A stretch of DNA of 64,000 bases. Source: a virus. The notes under the pieces were generated by a model that was given only the letters and a program-made list of their open reading frames with translations, did not search any database and was not told the origin of the DNA. The stretch lies in IMG/VR virus record IMGVR_UViG_3300021364_000016, positions 4,494-68,493 of that record. One strand, written 5' to 3'. Within the stretch, counting starts at the first letter, position 1; each line of letters begins with the position of its first letter. Shown here piece by piece: positions 18,833 to 27,552 of this stretch. A program made the translations under genes and the position numbers.

Positions 18833-19532
18833 AAAAAATCTTTGTTATATAATCTATTTGATCTTTTGAAAAGTGATTATGATAATTATTCACTTTTCCT
18901 TCTCTAACTTTAAAAGCTCTATCTTCATTTTTTTTACATAAGTTGTCAGGGCTTATTTTAAATTTATTCTTTCTTTCAGCCTTTGCCATATTTTCAAATG
19001 TGCAAAATTCAATAGCATTTTTTAAAATCTCTTTATCAACATCCTCACCCATTAATTCTAAAATTTTTGAGCATTCTTTTTCAGGTGTTTTATGTAAGTC
19101 TTCATATGTAGTTTTATATAAAAAATTTATATTTGAAATTTCTTCATAATAACTTTTCAATCTTTCTATACCATGCTTGCTTTTTAAAAAAGAACCTTTA
19201 GATTCTAAATCCGCGCCAGCGCGCCGGGCGGTGTTGTGAAGTCTGTATTTACAATGATAATAATAAGATACCATGGTGTCATAAATATTTCTTTCTAATA
19301 AAATTACATCTTTATCTTTTAAAGATTTAATATTTGTTGCTTCACCGGAGACTGCAAATCCACCATGAGTGTGCTGTAGTATTTTAACGTTTTTTATACT
19401 ATGCTCAGAAGAATAAACAAGTATTTTGTCTTGATTTAATTCATATTTATCTGCGAAGTATTTACCGATAATTAATCTTACCCAAGTTCTACCTGATTTA
19501 GGAAATGAAAGTAAATATATTCTATTGCTCAT
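18813..19532 (-). CDS. Sulfotransferase (Sulfotransfer_1)
   Basis: SFPKSGRTW PAPS loop, R...DTMVSYY, YEDL, REGKV. Confidence 0.85.
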   Translation of the reverse strand: MSNRIYLLSFPKSGRTWVRLIIGKYFADKYELNQDKILVYSSEHSIKNVKILQHTHGGFAVSGEATNIKSLKDKDVILLERNIYDTMVSYYYHCKYRLHNTARRAGADLESKGSFLKSKHGIERLKSYYEEISNINFLYKTTYEDLHKTPEKECSKILELMGEDVDKEILKNAIEFCTFENMAKAERKNKFKISPDNLCKKNEDRAFKVREGKVNNYHNHFSKDQIDYITKIFYETHST

Positions 19533-20220
19533 TTTGATTCCACAAGTTTTTAGTTGCCCCAGTATCGAAATCAAATCCAAAATAATCGATATCTTTTTTA
19601 TACCAATCTGCAATTATTTGAATTGTTTCTTTTGTATAAAAATCTCTATAATCCTTTTTAGATTTATTACTGACGTTTCTTTCTGGTATCTTTTGTTTTA
19701 ATTTGAAATATTTATTAGTGTCTTCTTCGTAGTTTTCAAAAGATAAAACATCGACTTTTAAATTGCCATCGGCATCAGTAACATAATCAGATTGTGGATA
19801 CCAGCCAACAGTGGTTCTATGCCAGAAATAAGGTGCTTTTCCCCAAATATGTCTTAACTGTAAAAACTCTTCGAATGAAGCACCTGGTCTTAATGAAGTA
19901 GGATTAACATTCATAGGATTTTCTTCCATAATCTGCTTTGCAAAAGTATATTGTGATACAGTTCGAGACCACGGATTTCTTACAATTGCAACAGTTTTTC
20001 CAATATACTTAAATTGAATATCAGGATGTAAGTCTCTCCATCTACAATGGCCGAATTGATAATTTAATTTAAGAGAATCCATTTTTTGTTTTACTGCTAA
20101 AACATATTCTCTACTATGCATTGCTTGTGCAGTAATATAGAACAATTTATTTTTTAGTAGATCAGATTTAGATAAAGCAAATCCACCGTTTTTAGGTATA
20201 TGTACAAATAAGTATTCCAT
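19522..20220 (-). CDS. Sulfotransferase (Sulfotransfer_2)
   Basis: FVHIPKNGG, VRNPWSR.VS.Y, YKKDIDYFGF. Confidence 0.85.
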   Translation of the reverse strand: MEYLFVHIPKNGGFALSKSDLLKNKLFYITAQAMHSREYVLAVKQKMDSLKLNYQFGHCRWRDLHPDIQFKYIGKTVAIVRNPWSRTVSQYTFAKQIMEENPMNVNPTSLRPGASFEEFLQLRHIWGKAPYFWHRTTVGWYPQSDYVTDADGNLKVDVLSFENYEEDTNKYFKLKQKIPERNVSNKSKKDYRDFYTKETIQIIADWYKKDIDYFGFDFDTGATKNLWNQNEQ

Positions 20221-20966
20221 TATTTTCTCTCAATATCATTTTCATCACACGTGCCTCGTTGAATTTCAATTACGTGTGCATTATCAGATCCAGGATTAAA
20301 TGCTCTATGCCACACACCAATAGGTATTTCATAGTTATCTTCATATGTACCGGCGGTTGAATCTGAATCTTCAGTAATAATACCTACAGTGCCAGATAAT
20401 ATAGTCCAGCTTTCTGATCTTTTGAAATGTCTTTGATTGCTTAAACTTTTACCAGGATAAATTACTAATTCTTTTACTTTATAACCTTTATCTGGTTTAT
20501 CATCTAGCACTCTCCAATAACCCCAATCTCTTTCAGTCTTTTGAGTTTTCCATTCATCTAAAATCCAGCTACTACTATTCTTTTTATCTCCACCTACGCC
20601 GAATTCAAATGAAACTCTTGGATGCATAAGATTAGTTTCCGGAATGTTTTTATTATCTCTATCACCACCATTTGCAAAAATAATTTCACTGTTCTGTGGA
20701 AAATATTCTAGACAATTGTCAATTGCTGCAAGGGCAGTATCATCTTCATCATCAAATTGAAATACCCGACCAACAACTTTTAATTCATGGATAACAGCAC
20801 TTCTTTCTTTAAATGGCATAAATGGTCTACCTTTTTTACGAGACAACCATTCATCGCTATTAAGTCCTACAACTAAAATGTCTCCTAATTCTTTAGCGGC
20901 ATGAAAATATTCGATATGACCACTATGTAGAGGATCAAACCCTCCTGTTACTAACACAACTTTCAT
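20220..20966 (-). CDS. Cytidylyltransferase fused to a mannose-6-phosphate-isomerase-like cupin
   Basis: GGFDPLHSGH, FANGGDR; C-terminal WG.W.VL..KVKELVI.PG.SLS.Q.H. Confidence 0.85.
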   Translation of the reverse strand: MKVVLVTGGFDPLHSGHIEYFHAAKELGDILVVGLNSDEWLSRKKGRPFMPFKERSAVIHELKVVGRVFQFDDEDDTALAAIDNCLEYFPQNSEIIFANGGDRDNKNIPETNLMHPRVSFEFGVGGDKKNSSSWILDEWKTQKTERDWGYWRVLDDKPDKGYKVKELVIYPGKSLSNQRHFKRSESWTILSGTVGIITEDSDSTAGTYEDNYEIPIGVWHRAFNPGSDNAHVIEIQRGTCDENDIERK

Positions 20967-21754
20967 GTCACCATCCACATTAATTCTTCAACATCTTCAC
21001 CTTTATTTGGAAGATGATCTTTTAAGAAGAAGTGAACAAAATATGATTCCTTTAGATGTTCATCACTTACTGTTTTATATAAACAATTCCATTTCCAATC
21101 AAGTTTTTGAATATTCATTCGTTCTTTACGAATCCAATAATTAAGTAGTGTTTGATCTGTTGACCATTTCCAAGGACCTAAACCATCAACAAACATTTTA
21201 AACTCTTGCCTTTCAAGGAATTCTTTTGCGGTTTGTCCTTCTAAATATTTAGCAATTGATTTGTTCATTAACATCATTCCCATATTCATAAATGGAAAAC
21301 CTACGTCATCGAGATATCTTGGATCCCAATCGATTTTAAGAGATCCATATTGCATTCTAGAATAATTTGCAATTTTTTGTTTATACCATGGAAGAATTGG
21401 AAGATCAGCTTCTACTACGCCAGCAAAATCTGTTTCTGGATCTAAGCTTTCGAAGATGTTAGGAGAACCTGGTCGAATCCAAATATCGGCGTCAATAATA
21501 GCAATTTGATCGTATTGATCCCAAAGATCAAATGCATTTTCTTTTTCGTAAATAGGAAGAAACCCGCCGTATTTTCCATAAGATTCAGGACTACGATTTG
21601 TAGCAAATACGTCGGGTTTTATTTTTAACTTAGGTACACGTTGTACGATATGTTCGATATCATGTGCTACACAATACTCTTCTACAGACTTAACACACGC
21701 ATCGTATAGTCGCAATCGCTTGCCAGTATATACTTGATATATCAATCTCTTCAT
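20963..21754 (-). CDS. Glycosyltransferase (GT-A, DAD motif)
   Basis: IIDADI, NMGMML, DQTLLNYW, LDWKWN, FVHF. Confidence 0.7.
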   Translation of the reverse strand: MKRLIYQVYTGKRLRLYDACVKSVEEYCVAHDIEHIVQRVPKLKIKPDVFATNRSPESYGKYGGFLPIYEKENAFDLWDQYDQIAIIDADIWIRPGSPNIFESLDPETDFAGVVEADLPILPWYKQKIANYSRMQYGSLKIDWDPRYLDDVGFPFMNMGMMLMNKSIAKYLEGQTAKEFLERQEFKMFVDGLGPWKWSTDQTLLNYWIRKERMNIQKLDWKWNCLYKTVSDEHLKESYFVHFFLKDHLPNKGEDVEELMWMVT

Positions 21755-21769
21755 AACAAACCCTCAATT

Positions 21770-21777
21770 TATTTAGT
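21770..21777 (-). promoter_or_regulatory. Variant late promoter (ACTAAATA) heading the GT cluster
   Basis: About 15 nt upstream of the ATG at 21754; non-consensus variant. Confidence 0.4.
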
Positions 21778-21778
21778 A

Positions 21779-22114
21779 TTATTTATTCTTTACCTTAGTA
21801 TAAGCTTGTGCTCCAAAGAATGAAGCAACTAAGGCAGAAATGGCTACGAAATATGTAGGTGCAATATCAGCGAGTAGTTGACCTGTTGTTTCATATCCAA
21901 TTATATCAGCAACTACAATACCAATTGGATAGACTAACATACCCCAAAGAGCAAACCAAGCCATGCGCCTAATTTGATCTTCTTTTGCATCTTCATTTTC
22001 GGCGCGCATCATTTCTCGTTCCAATGCAAACTCCTCATCAGTTACGACGCCGTCACCGTCTTTATCAAAATGTTCGTACTTGCTTCCCTGTTCCAGTTGT
22101 TTTTGTGCATTCAT
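21779..22114 (-). CDS. EF-hand-like plus 2-TM membrane protein (possible holin)
   Basis: DKDGDGVVTDEE loop followed by two hydrophobic helices. Confidence 0.5.
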   Translation of the reverse strand: MNAQKQLEQGSKYEHFDKDGDGVVTDEEFALEREMMRAENEDAKEDQIRRMAWFALWGMLVYPIGIVVADIIGYETTGQLLADIAPTYFVAISALVASFFGAQAYTKVKNK

Positions 22115-22301
22115 CAGCTAACTCCTTAATTCTAATAGCTAATTTCATTGCATCACCAAAAGTACTACGAAGAGAATTTGATCTATGACCATTCTCAACG
22201 AACCAATTAATAGTATTTATATCAGAACCTTCTGGCATATTATAACCACGTGTAAGTTCTTCAAAATCACTTCGGGTATTTAAAATTTCCGCTAGCAACA
22301 T
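22065..22301 (-). CDS. Hypothetical protein
   Basis: Coupled ORF with GGAGG SD. Confidence 0.55.
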   Translation of the reverse strand: MLLAEILNTRSDFEELTRGYNMPEGSDINTINWFVENGHRSNSLRSTFGDAMKLAIRIKELADECTKTTGTGKQVRTF

Positions 22302-22803
22302 ATTGTACAGCCTCCTTGATTTTTGGGATTAAATATTCTAGATCGTCTTCGTTGGCTTGATATCTAATACCAATACCACCTTTGGCGATCCACCGTGTAA
22401 TATTTGTAGGTTTATCATCGATTAGAATATTCGGTGAACCATCTATTTTATTAGTAGCATAATTTTCTTTCTGCCCTGTAAAAATAAGATTTTCAACCTT
22501 TGGCATAAAGTCATACCATTCTAACCACCTACGTTTATGATATGCAGAATTCATCATATCACCTCGTAATGGAGAAGAGTTAATTCCCCAATCCATATTA
22601 TTCTCTTTAGCAATTTGCTGTACTTGATCAACTAGTTCGTGACTGGTTGGAAAAACATCTAGATCATAGAAGAAGTCGGTACCTTTCAGTCCGTATATTT
22701 TTTCTTCTTTAACCATCTTCCAATGATCAACACCGTAATATTTGGCAATACCACCGAAGAAGTCGGCAATAACACCATCCATATCTAGATAGATTTTACT
22801 CAT
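22267..22803 (-). CDS. HAD-family 5'(3')-deoxyribonucleotidase
   Basis: YLDMDGVIADF, ILIDD, W...GGIGI. Confidence 0.8.
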   Translation of the reverse strand: MSKIYLDMDGVIADFFGGIAKYYGVDHWKMVKEEKIYGLKGTDFFYDLDVFPTSHELVDQVQQIAKENNMDWGINSSPLRGDMMNSAYHKRRWLEWYDFMPKVENLIFTGQKENYATNKIDGSPNILIDDKPTNITRWIAKGGIGIRYQANEDDLEYLIPKIKEAVQYVASGNFKYPK

Positions 22804-22988
22804 TTTAGACCTCCTTGCATGACTTGCTTTCTTGTCATATTCTTATATACACCTAAAGCCATAGTAGCTCTTTCAGTATGAGCATATGGATTACGCTCAA
22901 TGAATGTGCATACTTCTTCAAAAGTTAATCCAAAGAACTCAGCCTGACGCTTGAGTTCGCTGATTGCACCTTTCATACCCATAGCCAT
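22800..22988 (-). CDS. Early hypothetical protein
   Basis: Coupled small ORF. Confidence 0.55.
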   Translation of the reverse strand: MAMGMKGAISELKRQAEFFGLTFEEVCTFIERNPYAHTERATMALGVYKNMTRKQVMQGGLK

Positions 22989-23266
22989 TATGAAGCCCTC
23001 CTTGCAAGAACATCTTTAACATCAAAAACTGCGAAGTAGATTGGCTTCGGCTTTGACTTACCGTTTTCATCTTCTTCAGTTTGATTTTTTGAGAATCGAA
23101 CTAAGGTAGCAGCTTTCTTCAAACCAGAAAGGCTTTTACCTGAGATTCCGTCAAGCTTGATAGCTTGTTTGAATGTTACAAAGGCATCATTTTCATCGTA
23201 GCCCATAGCAGCTAGAGCGTTGAAGTTTTGACCTGTGTACTCATTTCCAGTTACGTAGTTAATCAT
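22988..23266 (-). CDS. ArdC-like N-terminal (ssDNA-binding) domain protein
   Basis: NYVTGNEYTGQN and FVTFKQA resemble the ArdC/DUF1738 N-terminal motifs; first gene after cassette 5. Confidence 0.5.
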   Translation of the reverse strand: MINYVTGNEYTGQNFNALAAMGYDENDAFVTFKQAIKLDGISGKSLSGLKKAATLVRFSKNQTEEDENGKSKPKPIYFAVFDVKDVLARRAS

Positions 23267-23372
23267 GATAATATTCTCCTCATCTTTTATCATTTTATAG
23301 GTATATTATACTACAAAAATGAGCAGTTGTAAACAAAAAAATGCACTTAAATGGAAAAAAATGCATTTTTTT
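23267..23372 (-). promoter_or_regulatory. Early promoter cassette copy 5
   Basis: TTTACA(23328-23333)-17-TATAAT(23305-23310); AAAAAAATGCA inverted repeats; GAGGAG SD. Confidence 0.85.
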
Positions 23373-23382
23373 TATCAATAAC

Positions 23383-23736
23383 TTAGTGACTTTTCTTTTC
23401 AGTAATGTCACAATTGAAATAAGCGTCTAATCTTTTCTTCGTCTCGTGCCTAAGATCGTTAAGTTGAGTAATCATATACGCAGTATCACTCTCATCAGTA
23501 CTGTATCTAGATACGTATTTACGTTTCTTATCTTCTAGATCCCACAATTGAGAATTAATTGCTTTCAAGATTTCAAAGTAATGCATGTAATTAATATCTT
23601 GAGGTTTACCAGTTTCGTATTGTTGCAGCTCTTGATCAACCTTTAGACCATTACTTCTTTTAATATCTAAAATAGAATGCCTATCACAGAAATCACCTAC
23701 ACTAACTTGAATCTGTAGACTATCAACCTTATCCAT
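23383..23736 (-). CDS. Hypothetical protein (DUF6165-like)
   Basis: VSVGDFCDR.SILDIK, INSQLWDLED, NDLR...K, ITEKKS. Confidence 0.55.
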   Translation of the reverse strand: MDKVDSLQIQVSVGDFCDRHSILDIKRSNGLKVDQELQQYETGKPQDINYMHYFEILKAINSQLWDLEDKKRKYVSRYSTDESDTAYMITQLNDLRHETKKRLDAYFNCDITEKKSH

Positions 23737-24400
23737 GAAACATCTTTCTTTTATTATATTCATCACGCCAATAGATGAATTGATCGATCCAATCGTCGCG
23801 TTTTTCAATGTACATAACTGGATGAAAATCATCAACATCCATTACAATACGAATACGATCAATAGGCATACCGGTACGTTCTTCCCACATTACGGCGTAT
23901 GCAGAACCTTGCATAAAATAAGTAGGAATATCTTTCTTTTTCTTAGGTCTACGTGATGTTTTCCAATCAATAATTGTTGGAACACCTGCCCATTCAAGTA
24001 CAGCATCACAGGTGCCGGCAGCTTTTAGATGGTCACTATAAAGGGCGACTTCAGTTGCATATACTTTAGTTACATTCTTATCAATCAAAGGTTTTAGATT
24101 TTCGAGTGATTGCCTGATATGAGGTAAAAATTCTGTAGTATCTTCACCATGTAAATATTTTTCTATAATACTATGTACAGCAGTACCGCGATTAGCAGCT
24201 CGAGTGCCAATCTTATTCGCTTCATCTTCACCGACTCGCTTACGCCATGCTGCGATTTTTTCTTCATTTACTATGCCTAGAATTGTAGTAACACTAGGAT
24301 AAGCATTACCATCAAGAGTGACATAGCGCCTGCCATCTGAATGTTCAGCACGATCCAGGCTGTCATATCCGAGATCAATTTTTTCATGTATAAACTCCAT
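23729..24400 (-). CDS. PD-(D/E)XK (Cas4/RecB-like) exonuclease
   Basis: YPSVTTIL, RGTAVH, AGTCD, IIDWKTS, Q..AY. Confidence 0.9.
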   Translation of the reverse strand: MEFIHEKIDLGYDSLDRAEHSDGRRYVTLDGNAYPSVTTILGIVNEEKIAAWRKRVGEDEANKIGTRAANRGTAVHSIIEKYLHGEDTTEFLPHIRQSLENLKPLIDKNVTKVYATEVALYSDHLKAAGTCDAVLEWAGVPTIIDWKTSRRPKKKKDIPTYFMQGSAYAVMWEERTGMPIDRIRIVMDVDDFHPVMYIEKRDDWIDQFIYWRDEYNKRKMFHG

Positions 24401-24633
24401 TATTTTTTCCTAACTGTAATATAAGTTTTATCTAAAAAGTAATACCAAAAGCCGTTGATGATTGGTTCGATAAGTGCATCAATTCCTGCTAATGTCCAAT
24501 CTGCTCCAGTAATAATTCTGTTACAAGTCATTGCAATTAAAATATGTCCTATTGTGTATATAACTGCACGTGCCATACTTGAATGGCCTACAATTTTTTT
24601 TAATAAATTAAATATTCCTTTTTTAAATTCCAT
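24400..24633 (-). CDS. Small membrane protein (DUF2061-like)
   Basis: YTIGHILIA...ALIEPIIN..WYY. Confidence 0.55.
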   Translation of the reverse strand: MEFKKGIFNLLKKIVGHSSMARAVIYTIGHILIAMTCNRIITGADWTLAGIDALIEPIINGFWYYFLDKTYITVRKK

Positions 24634-25313
24634 TAATGAATCCCTAACATTTCTTTTGTCATTATATAATCACGAACAATATCGGATCTCACAATATCGT
24701 CCCAACCAAATTGTACAGTAGTAAAGTTTTTCATTCTGTACATAATATTTAGAAATTTAGCTAATCCATTTTTTTCACCTTCATTTGTAAAGTCTGACTG
24801 CGCATGATCACCACAGAAAATAAGTTTACAGTTTTCACCTGCACGAGTCATAATAGAGTCTAATTCATGAAAATTTAAATTTTGCATTTCATCGACTATA
24901 ATAATACATCTATCAAAAGTTCTACCTCGAATAAAAGAAGTAGTTTCAAATTGAAGCTGATGACTGTTAATTAATTTATTATAAACAGCTTTGTCATGAA
25001 AAAGTTCTTCTGATATTGCCTTATATGGAGATTGAAAGATATCTGTTTTTTCTTCTAACTTTCCAGGCAAATAACCTATTTCTCTGACAGGTACAGCCGA
25101 TCTCAAAACAATTACCTTATCATAACATCCTGATCTTTCTAGCACTGACTCAAGTGCCAAGTACATTGCAATGTAGGTTTTACCAGTACCTGCTGTACCT
25201 GTTAAGATCAAGTGTTCACCATCGTCCCAAGCTTCAAAACTTTCTTTTTGAGCTTTTGTAATAGGATCAATTTGATTAAGATCTTCAAATCTAACTTTAC
25301 TGCTATTACTCAT
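24633..25313 (-). CDS. phoH: PhoH family ATPase
   Basis: GTAGTGKT, IGYLPG, FIRGRTF, VDEMQN, GD..QSD, DIVRS. Confidence 0.92.
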   Translation of the reverse strand: MSNSSKVRFEDLNQIDPITKAQKESFEAWDDGEHLILTGTAGTGKTYIAMYLALESVLERSGCYDKVIVLRSAVPVREIGYLPGKLEEKTDIFQSPYKAISEELFHDKAVYNKLINSHQLQFETTSFIRGRTFDRCIIIVDEMQNLNFHELDSIMTRAGENCKLIFCGDHAQSDFTNEGEKNGLAKFLNIMYRMKNFTTVQFGWDDIVRSDIVRDYIMTKEMLGIH

Positions 25314-25546
25314 GTCTTAATTGTATTTCCTCTACCAGCACCTTTTTTAATTTTACCAAGAACATCTCTCCATTCAGAACCTGCTCTACTTAATGTTCCA
25401 CCATGCATTGTAATAAATCCAACGGGTTTTAGAACTTTTTCTAAACCATATTCTTCGCAAATCTGATTTAACTCTTCATAAGAACATGTGATATCCCATT
25501 CTTTCTGATCTGGATCGTCTAGTTTCCTAACTGTATATCTAGGCAT
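25310..25546 (-). CDS. Small protein (FmdB-like position)
   Basis: MPRYT... WRDVLGKIKK; the usual neighbour of phoH in T4-like phages. Confidence 0.5.
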   Translation of the reverse strand: MPRYTVRKLDDPDQKEWDITCSYEELNQICEEYGLEKVLKPVGFITMHGGTLSRAGSEWRDVLGKIKKGAGRGNTIKT

Positions 25547-26126
25547 ATTTGAACCACTCCGGTTTATTTCTTTTAGTCCACACCATTTTGAAACGGTGCT
25601 GTTTTGTTTGATAAAAGTTTCGATAAGACTGAACTGGATCGTTTTGTACAATACATTCTGGAAAATCTTTCATTGCCAACTTGAAAGGAGTCAATGGACC
25701 TTTCGGAATATTTCGTGGCACTGATTGTATTTGCCACAACAATTCACGTTGAGTTTTATGTGTCTTATGCGGTTCTTTATCTGTACTATATCTATATGTA
25801 TATTCGTCTGCAAGTGCTTTCATGTGTTCCCAATGCCAACGATAATTTGAGTCTGATTCCATAGTCCATTTCGTACAAGGATGACCTACGTGTACCGCTT
25901 TGTAGTATAGTAATTCTGCTTCAAGATCATCGGCACCTTCGTAAAGATCCCAATACTTGACCATCGTTTTACCTGATTTAGATGGACGTTTAGTGAGCTT
26001 GCCGTCAAGTACTCGGTGGACTGTCGATAGCATTTGGCCAGATTCAACAAGCATTTTAGGCACGTGCTTGTCACATTGCATTTGAGCGGCTTCGACAGGA
26101 TCTGTGGATAAAATAAATAAATTCAT
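25539..26126 (-). CDS. Pyrimidine-dimer DNA glycosylase-like protein
   Basis: MNLF.L..DP...A...CDKH..KM.VES.QMLST, H..HPC..W, YR.FY. Confidence 0.7.
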   Translation of the reverse strand: MNLFILSTDPVEAAQMQCDKHVPKMLVESGQMLSTVHRVLDGKLTKRPSKSGKTMVKYWDLYEGADDLEAELLYYKAVHVGHPCTKWTMESDSNYRWHWEHMKALADEYTYRYSTDKEPHKTHKTQRELLWQIQSVPRNIPKGPLTPFKLAMKDFPECIVQNDPVQSYRNFYQTKQHRFKMVWTKRNKPEWFKYA

Positions 26127-26157
26127 AATAAAAAAGCCTTTGTCAATTGATAGTTAT

Positions 26158-26186
26158 ATTATATCAAAAAACAAAGGCTTTGTACA
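26158..26186 (-). promoter_or_regulatory. Sigma70-type promoter
   Basis: TGTACA-17-TATAAT upstream of ORF 26126. Confidence 0.6.
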
Positions 26187-26203
26187 CAACTTTTTTATAT
26201 TTT

Positions 26204-26356
26204 TTACGATGCTTCAGCTATTCGTTTTTCTAAGAAAGCTTGTTTTTCTAAAATCATTCTCATCCTTTCCATTAGTCCTCGTTTTTCAAGCTTCTTCGCG
26301 TAGATCTTGAGATCAGATGAATCTTTCTTAAGTGTTGCTAGCTGAGTTTGTGTCAT
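26204..26356 (-). CDS. Small hypothetical protein (50 aa)
   Basis: Not in ORF track: MTQTQLATLKKDSSDLKIYAKKLEKRG...; GGAG SD. Confidence 0.5.
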   Translation of the reverse strand: MTQTQLATLKKDSSDLKIYAKKLEKRGLMERMRMILEKQAFLEKRIAEAS

Positions 26357-26371
26357 GTTAGATTTCTCCGG

Positions 26372-26788
26372 TTAAGACCGGGCATCGAGCAATAGTCCAG
26401 GAAATGCCTCCTCAATTACGGCTCTTGAAATGCCGGTCGGTTTTTCTTTGTTAATCATTGCAATAACCAATTCAGCATCCTTTGGATGAATGCTTTCTAT
26501 CAAACCTATAAACATACGTTCGCGCTTGATTTGGTTCATCTTAACCCCACCTTTTGCGAAGTATCTAAACTGAGTATTTTTTCTGATAAGATTTGAAGGT
26601 GCGTTATGTTCCTCACATGCTCTATATGGAGGAGCTCCTTCTGGCAGATTCCATGCGACAGTTGAATCGTATGTCCCTCTTAAAACATCTTTGAGAGCCC
26701 ACGTCTCATTTTGTTTTAAGACTTTAATTTTATCTGCTTTAGTTTTTGCTTTTTTAGTATCTTCAATAACTTCATATATGTACTTCAT
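26372..26788 (-). CDS. Conserved T4-like hypothetical (DUF6433-like)
   Basis: LPEG.PPY, KRE.MFI.L.E..HP.DA; late promoter at 26794-26801. Confidence 0.6.
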   Translation of the reverse strand: MKYIYEVIEDTKKAKTKADKIKVLKQNETWALKDVLRGTYDSTVAWNLPEGAPPYRACEEHNAPSNLIRKNTQFRYFAKGGVKMNQIKRERMFIGLIESIHPKDAELVIAMINKEKPTGISRAVIEEAFPGLLLDARS

Positions 26789-26796
26789 AATTTTAT

Positions 26797-27198
26797 TTAT
26801 ACCTTTAAATGTTTCGAATGTATCTTACAACCAATAAATTCGTTATAATATTCGTCGCTTAATAATACATCTTTTTCAAATTGCAACTTTGCTTCATAAT
26901 AAGACATCTCACCTTTCGTCTTACATAACTTTAAAATATCACGTCTAAAAGCTTTTTCACCGTTCTCTTCAACGAGAAGTTGGACTTCTTTGGAACTTCC
27001 AAAGTACTCTCTCCAATCAGATTCGACACGCGTTCGTACTCTTCTCTTACGTGTTTTAGTGATCGGTAAGGTTTTTGGTTTCCAAAAGTTCTTCTTTCCA
27101 ATATATTTTTTGTTAGTTGAGTTTTCGGTAATGATGTATATAAACCCTTGATATTCATCGGGTGTTGTGTCAAATTCTTTTCCATTGTAGTACCACAT
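26797..27198 (-). CDS. Small GIY-YIG-like protein
   Basis: GFIYII...KKYIGKK, ESDW..Y.GS, YYN..I. Confidence 0.7.
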   Translation of the reverse strand: MWYYNGKEFDTTPDEYQGFIYIITENSTNKKYIGKKNFWKPKTLPITKTRKRRVRTRVESDWREYFGSSKEVQLLVEENGEKAFRRDILKLCKTKGEMSYYEAKLQFEKDVLLSDEYYNEFIGCKIHSKHLKV

Positions 27199-27209
27199 AC
27201 AAATATATA

Positions 27210-27356
27210 TTATTCATCTTCGTACCAATCCTCGGTCTCTTCAATTCGCTTTGCTTCAGTTCTTCTACCGCATAAAGGACAAAAGTCGGGAGGATCATAA
27301 GCGTGTATTACACTTTCAACTCCGCATTCTTCGCAATCTATTTCGAATTCATCCAT
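27210..27356 (-). CDS. Small zinc-ribbon protein (48 aa)
   Basis: Not in ORF track: MDEFEIDCEECG...FCPLCG. Confidence 0.55.
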   Translation of the reverse strand: MDEFEIDCEECGVESVIHAYDPPDFCPLCGRRTEAKRIEETEDWYEDE

Positions 27357-27552
27357 TTGATATCCTCTTTATTATTTCTTTTTTTCTTGTATCATCGCAA
27401 TAAAACCACTCACGAATTTCGTCAGCGGTTCTATTACATCCAACACATTGATTATCTATAATGGTACAAATCTTAACACACGGCGAAGGGACACTAGAAG
27501 TCGATTTCACAGGCGCCACCAACACACGCTGCTGATGCGATTGTATCGACAT
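27349..27552 (-). CDS. DUF1289-like Cys-rich protein (start uncertain)
   Basis: SPCVKIC....CVGC.RT..EI..W. Confidence 0.65.
   Translation of the reverse strand: MSIQSHQQRVLVAPVKSTSSVPSPCVKICTIIDNQCVGCNRTADEIREWFYCDDTRKKEIIKRISNG

Noticed and set aside
23729-24400. Cas4-like nuclease as part of a CRISPR system
   Set aside because: No other cas genes or array; a standard exonuclease in T4-like marine phages
26797-27198. Mobile homing endonuclease or intron
   Set aside because: Only 133 aa, no DNA-binding extension, no interrupted host gene
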